Below, piece after piece: positions 48,888 through 57,910 of a DNA stretch of 64,000 nt. The notes under the pieces were generated by a model. That model saw only the letters and a program-made list of their open reading frames with translations, did no database searches and had not been told where the DNA came from. Position 1 is the stretch's first letter. Every line of letters starts with the position of its first letter. Made by a program: the position numbers and the translations under genes. Origin of the DNA: a virus. Taxonomy: Duplodnaviria; Heunggongvirae; Uroviricota; Caudoviricetes. The stretch lies in IMG/VR virus record IMGVR_UViG_2799112923_000001. The stretch is one strand, 5' to 3'.

Positions 48888-49271
48888 TTATATTTCCAAT
48901 TTTTGTTTTGAACTAAAATCAAATTTTCCATTTTTAATTGGTATAATATAAACTTCGCTTTGTAAATGGTTTAAATCATCCATAATGGAATCTTCTAAAC
49001 AGATTTTTGTTTCTTTTATAATAGTTTCCATATCGTTTAAGTCAAATACTTTTGCTTCTTTAGTTTCATCAACATAATCATCGGCTTCACCAACGAAACC
49101 TTTATATGGGTCAAAATCAAAACTATTTACATAATCGTAAATCATAACAATACATTTGCCAGTTGGTTTATTAAATCTTTTGGCATTTTCAATTTTATCT
49201 TTTAGACTCATAGTTTCTTCAACAATAAACCCGTGATTATGTAATGTTTTTATTGCTTCTGTTAATTCCAT
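48888..49271 (-). CDS. Putative internal head protein (propeptide family)
   Basis: MELTEAIKTLHNHGFIVEE; its own TATAAATA on the - strand (49292-49299). Confidence 0.6.
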   Translation of the reverse strand: MELTEAIKTLHNHGFIVEETMSLKDKIENAKRFNKPTGKCIVMIYDYVNSFDFDPYKGFVGEADDYVDETKEAKVFDLNDMETIIKETKICLEDSIMDDLNHLQSEVYIIPIKNGKFDFSSKQKLEI

Positions 49272-49310
49272 AAAACCCTCTCTAATTACTATATTTATAA
49301 TAAATACTAT

Positions 49311-49520
49311 ATGATAAAAGTTCTAATAGAAGATAACAAGTTTACAGTAATAGATGATGCCGAAAGTACACCAGGTCAGTCATACCAGTTAGTTCAAATG
49401 AAGATAGAATTAAGTGGTGTAAAAAGTGTAGAAGATTTGAAAACATTAAAGAGTTTCAAATTAAACGGTATTGAATATAACGATGGTAAGATAATCGCAT
49501 ATTTTACATATAAGGTATAA
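49311..49520 (+). CDS. Small hypothetical protein
   Basis: 69-aa ORF. Confidence 0.6.
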   Translation: MIKVLIEDNKFTVIDDAESTPGQSYQLVQMKIELSGVKSVEDLKTLKSFKLNGIEYNDGKIIAYFTYKV

Positions 49521-49521
49521 T

Positions 49522-49731
49522 ATGAGAAAGTATCGTGGATTTATAAAAAAGAAGAAACCCATTATTCGTAAACCTGTATTACCCAAAAAGCCTGATACAG
49601 AAGAAAATGTTCAGGCTCAAATGGACAGTTTTGAGTTAGAATATCAAAAGTTCATAGAAGAATTAAAGGCCAAGAAGAATGAAAAGACTACCCAGGGCGA
49701 GGATTCACAGTTATTACAATCCAATGGATAA
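49522..49731 (+). CDS. Small basic protein with FE.EYQ.FI motif
   Basis: DSFELEYQKFIEELKAKK. Confidence 0.6.
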   Translation: MRKYRGFIKKKKPIIRKPVLPKKPDTEENVQAQMDSFELEYQKFIEELKAKKNEKTTQGEDSQLLQSNG

Positions 49732-50404
49732 AACGGATTTGGATGGCTCAAAAATGAGCATAACTCCTGCCGTTTTGGAGAATGGGATAGATACATACAG
49801 TGTAGTCAAGGACTTCTCAGCTTTTAGCGGTTCCTGGCACAGGTGGGATGATGGTATAGACTATAACACCCAGCGCCTTACTGGTCCTTACGAGCCAAGT
49901 GCTGAGATTCCTTCGGCATGTGGTGGTTTAGACCACTATTTGAACAGTGAATTATACAAATTACAGAACCCAAACTATCTAACACCCCCAAGTGGAACGG
50001 TTTATAGTCCAACATTGGTTAGAGAAATTGTAAAAAATTATTTACAATACCCAAAATACAATGTTTTCAACACAGATATTTCCGCACTTGAAGAATTGAG
50101 TGCGTTTGTGGGTGGATTTGATATAGAAGATTTCAGTGCCACCACACCAACTGTGTTTAAGGGTAATATAAATGTAAATTTATGTAAATGTAAAGAAGAT
50201 TGTGAATGTAAACAAAAAGATACACAACTACCTAAACAAGAAACTACCCCACAAACTAATGCTTGTAATTGTTTAGAAGAATTTGAGCGAGAATATCAAG
50301 AATTTATTGAAATGCTTCGTAGAAATCGTAAGAAACTACCTGATACAGAAGAATTGTATTTGTCAGCGTGGGAAGAAAGCGGTTGTAATTGCGAACAAAT
50401 ATAA
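49679..50404 (+). CDS. Hypothetical protein with FE.EYQ.FI motif
   Basis: EEFEREYQEFIEML; CxC clusters. Confidence 0.65.
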   Translation: MKRLPRARIHSYYNPMDKTDLDGSKMSITPAVLENGIDTYSVVKDFSAFSGSWHRWDDGIDYNTQRLTGPYEPSAEIPSACGGLDHYLNSELYKLQNPNYLTPPSGTVYSPTLVREIVKNYLQYPKYNVFNTDISALEELSAFVGGFDIEDFSATTPTVFKGNINVNLCKCKEDCECKQKDTQLPKQETTPQTNACNCLEEFEREYQEFIEMLRRNRKKLPDTEELYLSAWEESGCNCEQI

Positions 50405-50441
50405 ATAGAGTAAAACAAAACATTTTAAGAGGTATAAAATT

Positions 50442-50783
50442 ATGGCACATGGATTACAAGGATTCCCACAATCTAGTTATTACGGAAAATCAAAGAAGAA
50501 TGGTTCTGCTCCTGCTCCAAAAGCAGCTCCAAAGAAAATGAGTACATTTGAAGATGAATATCAAAAATTCATTCGTGAACTTAAAGCAAAGAAAGAAGCT
50601 CAAAAGCAAGCAGAAGAACAACCAATCATTCCTGAAACTCCAGTTCAAGAAGAAGCACCAGTAATTCCTGAAACAGTAGCAACAGTAGAAGAAACTGCTC
50701 CAATATTGAATGAAACAACAACCACTACTAAAAAGAAAAAGAAGAAAACAGAAGTTGTGGAAGAAACCCCAGTAGAAGAATAA
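50442..50783 (+). CDS. Low-complexity late protein with FE.EYQ.FI motif
   Basis: STFEDEYQKFIRELKAKK; TATAAATA at 50400. Confidence 0.65.
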   Translation: MAHGLQGFPQSSYYGKSKKNGSAPAPKAAPKKMSTFEDEYQKFIRELKAKKEAQKQAEEQPIIPETPVQEEAPVIPETVATVEETAPILNETTTTTKKKKKKTEVVEETPVEE

Positions 50784-50785
50784 TA

Positions 50786-50816
50786 AAAAAGCGGCTCATT
50801 GAGCCGCTATTCTTTT
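50786..50816. terminator. Bidirectional terminator
   Basis: agcggctc-att-gagccgct between convergent genes. Confidence 0.8.
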
Positions 50817-51343
50817 TAGAAATCTTTGTTAATATCGTCTAATAGTTTATGTTCTCTAAACTCTTTTAATTGTAATGGTAAATTTTTCAATTCTTCAATC
50901 TGTTTATAAAGAATTTCATTAAAATTCTTAAATCTTAAAAGACCTTTGAATTTACAATATGAAACATACTTACCATCTTCATTTTCAATAGTGAAATTGG
51001 TTAGATACTTATAACACATTACCTGACCATTACTACAATCTATTTTACCAATATGAAGATATGGTTGGTTTTTGAACATTTTGATATAATTGGAATTTAA
51101 ATTACCCCAACTAATATCATCGCATTTAAAAGTTACATTATCAAGATTTGATAGATTAAAATAAACATCATAAATCTGGTCATTAAAAGCATCGTAATGA
51201 TTATAAACTAACAAACCCTGATTGGTTAAGTATTTTTGAATATCGTGAATACTTGGGCAACCAATGAATCTTTCAAACAGACTATTTACAATATCACCAA
51301 TTTTTTCTTTTATTGTTTCTTTTATTTTTTCTTTTAGATTCAT
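50816..51343 (-). CDS. Hypothetical protein, xxDF family
   Basis: Ends INKDF. Confidence 0.7.
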   Translation of the reverse strand: MNLKEKIKETIKEKIGDIVNSLFERFIGCPSIHDIQKYLTNQGLLVYNHYDAFNDQIYDVYFNLSNLDNVTFKCDDISWGNLNSNYIKMFKNQPYLHIGKIDCSNGQVMCYKYLTNFTIENEDGKYVSYCKFKGLLRFKNFNEILYKQIEELKNLPLQLKEFREHKLLDDINKDF

Positions 51344-51633
51344 TCAAAATCCTCTTGTAATTTTTGTAAAAGTTGTTCTTCTTTGTAGTGTAGCACAGCA
51401 TCTACAAGCATATCAGCATAAACATACCCATATTCTTGTTTCCATTTAAACATTTTTTCGTTTACACGAATATGGGAAACATCGTCATATACGGCTGTAT
51501 AAATTGAGATAGTAATATCTTTATACTTATGAATGTAGATAGTCCATTTCGTCACTACATCATCCAAATAGTCCATTTTATCAAAATCAAACCCTTCGGC
51601 ATCAAGATAATCTGATAAGTCCTTAGCCTTCAT
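51340..51633 (-). CDS. Hypothetical protein, xxDF family
   Basis: MKAKDLS... ends LQEDFE. Confidence 0.7.
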   Translation of the reverse strand: MKAKDLSDYLDAEGFDFDKMDYLDDVVTKWTIYIHKYKDITISIYTAVYDDVSHIRVNEKMFKWKQEYGYVYADMLVDAVLHYKEEQLLQKLQEDFE

Positions 51634-51775
51634 CGTCATCCTCTTCGTCATCGTTGAATTTATCATGAACCATACAACCTAACAAATAGCCGATACCAAC
51701 CATAATGGCTATCCCGGCTATAAAGCCAATGGCTTCTATGAGCATCAATATCTGGTCAATTAAAATTGTCATCAT
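51623..51775 (-). CDS. Small membrane protein (50 aa, not in ORF track)
   Basis: MMTILIDQILMLIEAIGFIAGIAIMVGIGYLLGC plus acidic tail; coupled at both ends. Confidence 0.65.
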   Translation of the reverse strand: MMTILIDQILMLIEAIGFIAGIAIMVGIGYLLGCMVHDKFNDDEEDDDEG

Positions 51776-52323
51776 TAAAAATCTTCTTCCAATTCTTTTT
51801 CAATGAAACGGCAGTTCATTAAATCATTCCAAATTTCTTCGTAATGTGATTTATCCCAATAGAACTTACCATCCCAAGTAATATCACCAAAGTGTCTTTC
51901 TCTATCTTCCACATACATCCACAAAGATGTGTAATCAACATTGTACAAGAATTTCTTAAATTCTTTCTTAATGTAAGACTGAGTTAAACCTGATTCTTTA
52001 ATGATTTCAATTAAAGACATGCTATTTTCATAGCCTTCTTCACCTGGTTTTACGATAGCGAGTTTATCTGCCAATTCATCATAAGAGAACAAATTGAAAG
52101 CATAATTGAATGGGATATATTTTTCTTCTCCATCTTCATCGTAGATACTTTCTTTCACAGTATATGTAAAATCAAAATGCCAAAATCTGTGTTGGGAACG
52201 ATAGTTCGCACGTTCCTTATCTGCTTTTTCTTTATCAATAATCTTTGCTTCTTTGGCATAGTTATTGTATTCATCTATGATTTCGGGATGCTTTTCTTTG
52301 AGATATTCTTCTAGGGATTTCAT
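51775..52323 (-). CDS. Hypothetical protein, xxDF family
   Basis: Ends LEEDF. Confidence 0.7.
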   Translation of the reverse strand: MKSLEEYLKEKHPEIIDEYNNYAKEAKIIDKEKADKERANYRSQHRFWHFDFTYTVKESIYDEDGEEKYIPFNYAFNLFSYDELADKLAIVKPGEEGYENSMSLIEIIKESGLTQSYIKKEFKKFLYNVDYTSLWMYVEDRERHFGDITWDGKFYWDKSHYEEIWNDLMNCRFIEKELEEDF

Positions 52324-52326
52324 AGT

Positions 52327-52614
52327 TTATCCCTCCACTACTTCTTTAATTTTACCACCATAAACTTTGTTCTTAATGAGTTCGTCAAGTTTCTTCTTTT
52401 CTTCATAAGCAATTTCCAAAGAAACTGAGCGAATTTCTTTCTGATTAAAACGCCAGGCGTTATTTTGCCAATAGTGATGGTAAAAAAGCGGAAGCGGGTC
52501 AGTGTCCCAGATTTGTACAAGATATTCGTCATTTTCCATCTTTACAATTCGGGTTGTAAAATCAGGGTGGTGTTCAATATGAAGAATGTCTTTTAGTTTG
52601 TTTAAAATACTCAT
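52327..52614 (-). CDS. Hypothetical protein
   Basis: AGGAG RBS before MSILNK. Confidence 0.65.
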   Translation of the reverse strand: MSILNKLKDILHIEHHPDFTTRIVKMENDEYLVQIWDTDPLPLFYHHYWQNNAWRFNQKEIRSVSLEIAYEEKKKLDELIKNKVYGGKIKEVVEG

Positions 52615-52627
52615 AGTTATTTCTCCC

Positions 52628-52930
52628 TTAATGTTGTCTTTGTATTCGTAAATCTTCACATAAATCTGCTAATGATAGACTGCTCAAATACTGCAATTTC
52701 TTTTCATAACCTTTGGTTGTTTTATAATGATAATGTTGAACATAACCATCATAAATTGTTAATTCTCCATTTGAATTATAATCATTTAGATTAAAATGTA
52801 ATTGGTGATTACTAGCATTTGGTAATGGTATAAAATCATATTCCAATTCACAATCATAACCATAAATGTTTACTATTTTAACATTTGGAAAATATGTTGT
52901 TACTAAATCTATAAATTCTTGTTTAGTCAT
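52628..52930 (-). CDS. Hypothetical protein
   Basis: AGGAGG RBS. Confidence 0.65.
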   Translation of the reverse strand: MTKQEFIDLVTTYFPNVKIVNIYGYDCELEYDFIPLPNASNHQLHFNLNDYNSNGELTIYDGYVQHYHYKTTKGYEKKLQYLSSLSLADLCEDLRIQRQH

Positions 52931-52942
52931 TAGAAAGCCTCC

Positions 52943-53179
52943 TTACAATTCTATTTCCTTATTCACAGTAACTTCTACTGTATATTCAAACAAATGAATG
53001 TCTTTATAACCTTCAGCCTTCAAATAAGTAATAGTTGATTTGGCATCTTTAGGCTTATCATACCATCGTGCTTTAAAAATATCAGTAGTACCATCTACAT
53101 AACTCAATTCTTTTGCAGTGCCCCAATAGACGGATTTACCCATTACTTTATAAGAAATGATATAATATGTTTTTGTCAT
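52943..53179 (-). CDS. Hypothetical protein
   Basis: AGGAG RBS before MTKTYY. Confidence 0.65.
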   Translation of the reverse strand: MTKTYYIISYKVMGKSVYWGTAKELSYVDGTTDIFKARWYDKPKDAKSTITYLKAEGYKDIHLFEYTVEVTVNKEIEL

Positions 53180-53189
53180 AGTATCTCCT

Positions 53190-54380
53190 TTAAAAAGCAG
53201 CCTTAAAGTTATATACTGGTTTAATGATTTTTTCAATAGAACAAGTTGGTTCAATGTTCTGTATGATTTCTTCCATTGGTTTGTATGCCATTGGTGATTC
53301 GTCTACTGTAGCACTGGAAACACAAGTAGTATAAATGCCTTTCATAGCATCTTTATAATCTTTCATAGAAATGCTATTCTTTGCGTCTGCTCTACTCATA
53401 AGTCTACCTGCTCCATGTGGAGCACTGTAGTTCCATTCAGGATTTCCCTTTCCAATACAAATTAACGAACCATCACGCATATTCATTGGGATAATAACTC
53501 TCTCACCTTCTTGTGCCGAGATACTTCCCTTTCTCAAAATCATATTCTTAATGTCAATGTAATTGTGAATGGTAGTGAACTGTTCTTGAACCTTCCAACC
53601 CATTCCCTTAATAATTACATCCAACATAGCCTGACGATTTTGATTAGCAAATTCCTGAACAATAGCCATATCGTGAAGATAGTTATTGAAACTTTCGCCA
53701 CTCAAATAAGAAAGAATTTTTGGAACTGAGAAATGGTCATAGTCCTTCATCAATTCGTCAATTTCTTTGTCGGTCTTACCTTGTTCACGATATTTAGCAA
53801 CAATGGTGCCGCGTTCTTGTGTCTTTTGTTCACATTCTTTAATGGCAACATTCTGCCAGTATTCACATACAGCTACACCGAGATGACGAGAACCACTATG
53901 GATTACAACATAGAAATTTCCTTCATCGTCCTTGTCAATTTCAATGAAGTGATTACCGCCACCAAGTGAACCAATAGAGTTCAGTTCTTCTCTACGAACA
54001 TTGGCAATCAAATTATCAAACTGTTCAAAGTCTTTGGCAAATCTATGCTTATCATTTCGGTGTTCTTTACCACTAGGAATCTTTTCTTTGATTAACTTGT
54101 CTAACTTACCAAATTCAATATGACCTTTGGTCTTGATTTTGGCAACGAGCATACCGCAACCAATATCTACACCAACGAGATTAGGAACAATCTTGTCCTT
54201 GATAGTCATAGTAGTTCCAACAGTACAACCCTTACCTGCGTGTACATCTGGCATAATAGCCACATTCATATCTTTCGCCCAAATTTGGCACATCATATTG
54301 AGAATTTGTGTGTATGCTTCATTCTCAATGTTTTCTGTAAACACTTTGGCTGTGTTATATTTTCCTTGTATTTCTAACAT
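53190..54380 (-). CDS. rtcB: RtcB RNA ligase
   Basis: MPDVHAGKG, VGVDIGCG, SLGGGNHFIE, HSGSR, HNYI, RKG, SAPHGAGR, DESPMAYK. Confidence 0.95.
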   Translation of the reverse strand: MLEIQGKYNTAKVFTENIENEAYTQILNMMCQIWAKDMNVAIMPDVHAGKGCTVGTTMTIKDKIVPNLVGVDIGCGMLVAKIKTKGHIEFGKLDKLIKEKIPSGKEHRNDKHRFAKDFEQFDNLIANVRREELNSIGSLGGGNHFIEIDKDDEGNFYVVIHSGSRHLGVAVCEYWQNVAIKECEQKTQERGTIVAKYREQGKTDKEIDELMKDYDHFSVPKILSYLSGESFNNYLHDMAIVQEFANQNRQAMLDVIIKGMGWKVQEQFTTIHNYIDIKNMILRKGSISAQEGERVIIPMNMRDGSLICIGKGNPEWNYSAPHGAGRLMSRADAKNSISMKDYKDAMKGIYTTCVSSATVDESPMAYKPMEEIIQNIEPTCSIEKIIKPVYNFKAAF

Positions 54381-54389
54381 AAAACCTCT

Positions 54390-54587
54390 TTAAGAATAAT
54401 AAACGATTTCCCTTGCGGTATCGTAAATGTCATCTTCAGTAATGGGTAAAATCTGTGAATCACATGCGTAATTGTTATCAATGATATGTTCCATTCGTGA
54501 AACCATTTCTACGGCTTCTTCCTTGAAACATTCGTGGATATACATTACCGCATCAATTACTTTATTTCTATATTCTGTTTTAGTCAT
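54390..54587 (-). CDS. Small hypothetical protein
   Basis: 65-aa coupled ORF. Confidence 0.6.
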   Translation of the reverse strand: MTKTEYRNKVIDAVMYIHECFKEEAVEMVSRMEHIIDNNYACDSQILPITEDDIYDTAREIVYYS

Positions 54588-54733
54588 TCAAAATCCTTTT
54601 GTAAATCTTCTAAATTTAGTTCTATAATGAGTTCTTTAATTCTCTTTTTTGTTGCTTCTTTTTGTTGTGGACTTAATTTATCATTAATGATAATCTTCAA
54701 TAAAACTTTTAATTCAACAATAGGGTCAATCAT
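54584..54733 (-). CDS. Small xxDF-family protein (49 aa, not in ORF track)
   Basis: MIDPIVELK...LEDLQKDFE; ATGA overlaps on both sides. Confidence 0.65.
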   Translation of the reverse strand: MIDPIVELKVLLKIIINDKLSPQQKEATKKRIKELIIELNLEDLQKDFE

Positions 54734-55071
54734 ACAAAATCCTTCTTGATTTCTTCAATGGATTCATCAATTTTAATTTCTTTCAAATCCAAACTTGCTT
54801 GACGATATGTATTCATAAAAATTTCGTACAAGGTGTCAATTTTATCTGTGGTTAAATCCCTACTATTGAAATTGCCATTGTAGTTAGAAGATACTTTATG
54901 ATTAAAAACAATGTTCTTATAAAAGACTACTTCTTGATTAGGATAACCAAAACAAATCTTTAATCCATTGAACATACAAACAATACCATTAATATCAAAT
55001 TCGTTATCATTGACGATTTCAATGTTGTTATGCTTACCAGCAATATAGTTAATGACTTCTGCAAGTGTCAT
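54730..55071 (-). CDS. Hypothetical protein, xxDF family
   Basis: MTLAEVINY... ends IKKDFV. Confidence 0.7.
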   Translation of the reverse strand: MTLAEVINYIAGKHNNIEIVNDNEFDINGIVCMFNGLKICFGYPNQEVVFYKNIVFNHKVSSNYNGNFNSRDLTTDKIDTLYEIFMNTYRQASLDLKEIKIDESIEEIKKDFV

Positions 55072-55792
55072 ATCTAACCCCAAGTTCATTAGTAAATTTT
55101 GCGTTCCACCAAAGCATTCTGTAACCATTTTCCGCAATCTTACAATTAAAACAATCTTTTGCTTTCTTGATAAGAGTATCGTCGGCATAGTTCAAATCAA
55201 AATACACAAATGGGTGGTCGCAAGTAAAATCAATATCAAACCCGCTCTTAAATGGGATGGTGTTAATGATAACATCGTGATTATTGACCTTAAATTCGCT
55301 CAATGGTTGCTTATTTACACGATTATCACCCATCATATTACGATGATTACGAGCATATAAAGTAAAATGTTTTACATTCTTAAATGCTTCGTTAGATAAT
55401 TCATATAAAATAGAAGGAACCACACTTCCATTTCCAAGAATAGCAACAGATTTAGCAGTTTTAAGAAAATCTGTAATACCACAATCTTCAAATGCTAATC
55501 TCATTGAAAAACCATCCCTAGAACAACCTATGGTTTTCCCCTTTGGAGTAATTCTCACGATATTTACACCACAACCAACAATTTCAACATTATCAATATA
55601 CTTACAAATGATTTCTTTGTATGGAGTAGTAACATTGAAACCTGTATAACCATATTTCTTCAAATAATCAATGGTTTCAGGTATTTTATCTTCTTCAATA
55701 TCAAAAACATCATACTGAGCATTAAAATCAGTATTGAAGATTTCTTTTGATTTTGAATATCCAATGTTTCTACCAATCAAAGCAAATTTCAT
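55049..55792 (-). CDS. aroE: Shikimate dehydrogenase-like protein
   Basis: ALIG..IGYSKS, GFNVTTPYK, ILGNG, IINTIP, FDLNY, NGYRML. Confidence 0.8.
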   Translation of the reverse strand: MKFALIGRNIGYSKSKEIFNTDFNAQYDVFDIEEDKIPETIDYLKKYGYTGFNVTTPYKEIICKYIDNVEIVGCGVNIVRITPKGKTIGCSRDGFSMRLAFEDCGITDFLKTAKSVAILGNGSVVPSILYELSNEAFKNVKHFTLYARNHRNMMGDNRVNKQPLSEFKVNNHDVIINTIPFKSGFDIDFTCDHPFVYFDLNYADDTLIKKAKDCFNCKIAENGYRMLWWNAKFTNELGVRYDTCRSH

Positions 55793-56133
55793 ACAAAGTC
55801 CTTGTTAATATCCATTTTCATTCGTTCTACTAGGGATTTTTTATATCGTTTATATCGTTTCTCATAACCTTCTTTGAATGTGATAGCTGCTTTCTTAATA
55901 TCTTCAAATACATTTTCATCATCTTCATTATGATATGAGAATTTGTTTACATTTCTGTATTGTGGATAAAATTCGCATAAACCATCACGCTCATTATAAC
56001 GAAGAAAGTAGAAATTCAACCCAGTCCAGGGTGATTTATATTCAAAGAAATACTCATAGCCATAGCCAATTTCTCTCTTATCAACATACATCCCCATTGG
56101 GAGAAGAATATCTTTTAATTTGTCAAGAAACAT
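55789..56133 (-). CDS. Hypothetical protein, xxDF family
   Basis: Ends INKDFV. Confidence 0.7.
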   Translation of the reverse strand: MFLDKLKDILLPMGMYVDKREIGYGYEYFFEYKSPWTGLNFYFLRYNERDGLCEFYPQYRNVNKFSYHNEDDENVFEDIKKAAITFKEGYEKRYKRYKKSLVERMKMDINKDFV

Positions 56134-56291
56134 TAATTACCCCAACCACCACAATGCCACGAACTTTCGCAGCCTTCTTCAGGTGGGTCAGGTTCTTTCC
56201 ACCACGGATCTTCGCCAGAGCCAGCAAGAAGTTGGGACTGACAACCAGTTTCAATGATTTCCATTTCAGGTTTAATGTATTTCTTTTTCAT
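56133..56291 (-). CDS. Small YxKP-leader peptide (52 aa)
   Basis: MKKKYIKPEMEIIE....QLLAGS then a Trp/Cys/Pro-rich tail; AAGGA RBS. Confidence 0.7.
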   Translation of the reverse strand: MKKKYIKPEMEIIETGCQSQLLAGSGEDPWWKEPDPPEEGCESSWHCGGWGN

Positions 56292-56304
56292 TTGTTTAGT
56301 TCCT

Positions 56305-56679
56305 TTATTCGTAAAAATCTTCCAATGCTTCAAATTCTTTGTAGACTTCTTTCATTCGTTGTTCTTCATTTTCTTTGGTAGCATCTACAAGATAAACGAA
56401 CCATTTGTTAAACTGTGTGAGTAATTCATAGAGTTCATCAATACACTGACTACCATTCTCAAAATCATCCAGGTCAATGTGATACCATTTCAACTGAATT
56501 TTATTATTTGATGTGTAGTAGTCCATATAAATCAGTGCTCTATGCTGGTCATAAGAAAATGAATTACACCCGATATATGGGTCTTTAACATTGGTGCGAT
56601 TAAAAACTGCACCACCACTGTTAATTTCAGTTAACCCAATCTCTCTCAGGAGTTTGTAAACATCTTCTTTTGTTCGCAT
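56305..56679 (-). CDS. Hypothetical protein
   Basis: MRTKEDV... ends LEDFYE. Confidence 0.65.
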   Translation of the reverse strand: MRTKEDVYKLLREIGLTEINSGGAVFNRTNVKDPYIGCNSFSYDQHRALIYMDYYTSNNKIQLKWYHIDLDDFENGSQCIDELYELLTQFNKWFVYLVDATKENEEQRMKEVYKEFEALEDFYE

Positions 56680-56852
56680 TACCACTGACCTCTTGCTGCG
56701 ATAGCATTTGCGATAATTAGCAACAGAAAGATTACACCACTTGCGAGAGTGAGTCTTCCTTCTATTGCCATAGATATTGTCATACCGGTGATAAATCCAA
56801 TGGCACCGATATTACAACCAAAAGCGAGTTTACGCATCTTTTCAATACCCAT
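56679..56852 (-). CDS. Small two-helix membrane protein (57 aa, not in ORF track)
   Basis: MGIEKMRKLAFGCNIGAIGFITGM...VIFLLLIIANAIA; AGGAG RBS. Confidence 0.65.
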   Translation of the reverse strand: MGIEKMRKLAFGCNIGAIGFITGMTISMAIEGRLTLASGVIFLLLIIANAIAARGQW

Positions 56853-56866
56853 AGTTTTTTCTCCTT

Positions 56867-57433
56867 TTACTTAAAATCACCTTTAATCTTTTTTAGTTCC
56901 TGATTTTGCTTTTCTCGTTTGTCAAGAAAATCCATCAAAGAATCAACAAAGATTTTATGATTTTCAACCATTGTCGGATATTGTTTAATAAAATTCTTTG
57001 TTGTAATTCTGTTATCTTTTTCGTATGGATTTATGTAATAGATTTCAAGATTTTGTTTGTATTGCGGTTGCTTTTCAATACAATTATTAAATACACCCAT
57101 AAAATCAATTACATCTTTGAGTTTCAATTCTGTATATTCTTTACGATAGTCATCTCCAAGGGCACGAAGAATTTCAGGTCTTTTAATCCAAACATAAACA
57201 CTAATTTTGTTTCCGTTTGGAGTGAAATTTATCCCCAACATAGGTTCTTGCCGGTTTTCATAATTCCAATCTGGAACATTCATTTTTTCAATTCGGAACT
57301 GGTGAGGCATACTAGCCGCAGGAACTTTAGTTCTCGGTTTTACATGATGATGCCAAAAATTACAATAAGCAAATACATCGTGTGTATATAAAACCTTCAT
57401 CCAATTCAACAATGCGTCAGTAGCTGGCTTCAT
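56867..57433 (-). CDS. Hypothetical protein, xxDF family
   Basis: Ends IKGDFK. Confidence 0.7.
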   Translation of the reverse strand: MKPATDALLNWMKVLYTHDVFAYCNFWHHHVKPRTKVPAASMPHQFRIEKMNVPDWNYENRQEPMLGINFTPNGNKISVYVWIKRPEILRALGDDYRKEYTELKLKDVIDFMGVFNNCIEKQPQYKQNLEIYYINPYEKDNRITTKNFIKQYPTMVENHKIFVDSLMDFLDKREKQNQELKKIKGDFK

Positions 57434-57444
57434 TGGATTTCTCC

Positions 57445-57801
57445 TTACTTAACCAAAAGAACACCATCTGTAATCGTCTGTGCCACAGCACCACCATTAT
57501 CAAAACGGATAATTGCGATAATGAATAGAATACCCATTACGAATGAAACGAAATACTTAATTGGGTGGGTTTTAGAGTTGCTTTCTTTACCAAGGAATAG
57601 GAATTTACCACCAACACCATAAATTAGACCAATGGCGAGTGCCCAGGTTCCACCAAAAACGGCTGCGAGAATATAGAATGTTAGTCCAACGAAAAATCCA
57701 AAAACCTCCATTCCATCACATTTATCTGCTACGATGTCATAAATGAAACCGATAATGGCGAGACCGATAGCAACGAGAATAAGAACATTGAGCATCTGCA
57801 T
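57445..57801 (-). CDS. Integral membrane protein
   Basis: Three to four hydrophobic segments. Confidence 0.75.
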   Translation of the reverse strand: MQMLNVLILVAIGLAIIGFIYDIVADKCDGMEVFGFFVGLTFYILAAVFGGTWALAIGLIYGVGGKFLFLGKESNSKTHPIKYFVSFVMGILFIIAIIRFDNGGAVAQTITDGVLLVK

Positions 57802-57843
57802 ATATTGTACCTCTTTTGTTAGTTGTGGTTAATTGTTAAGTAC

Positions 57844-57872
57844 AATATAGCAAAAAATCCATTGTTTGTCAA
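57844..57872 (-). promoter_or_regulatory. Early sigma70-type promoter TTGACA-N17-TATATT
   Basis: Perfect -35, extended TG before -10. Confidence 0.8.
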
Positions 57873-57910
57873 TGTATTAAATATGTAAAATATGTAAAAT
57901 TTTGTTTACA

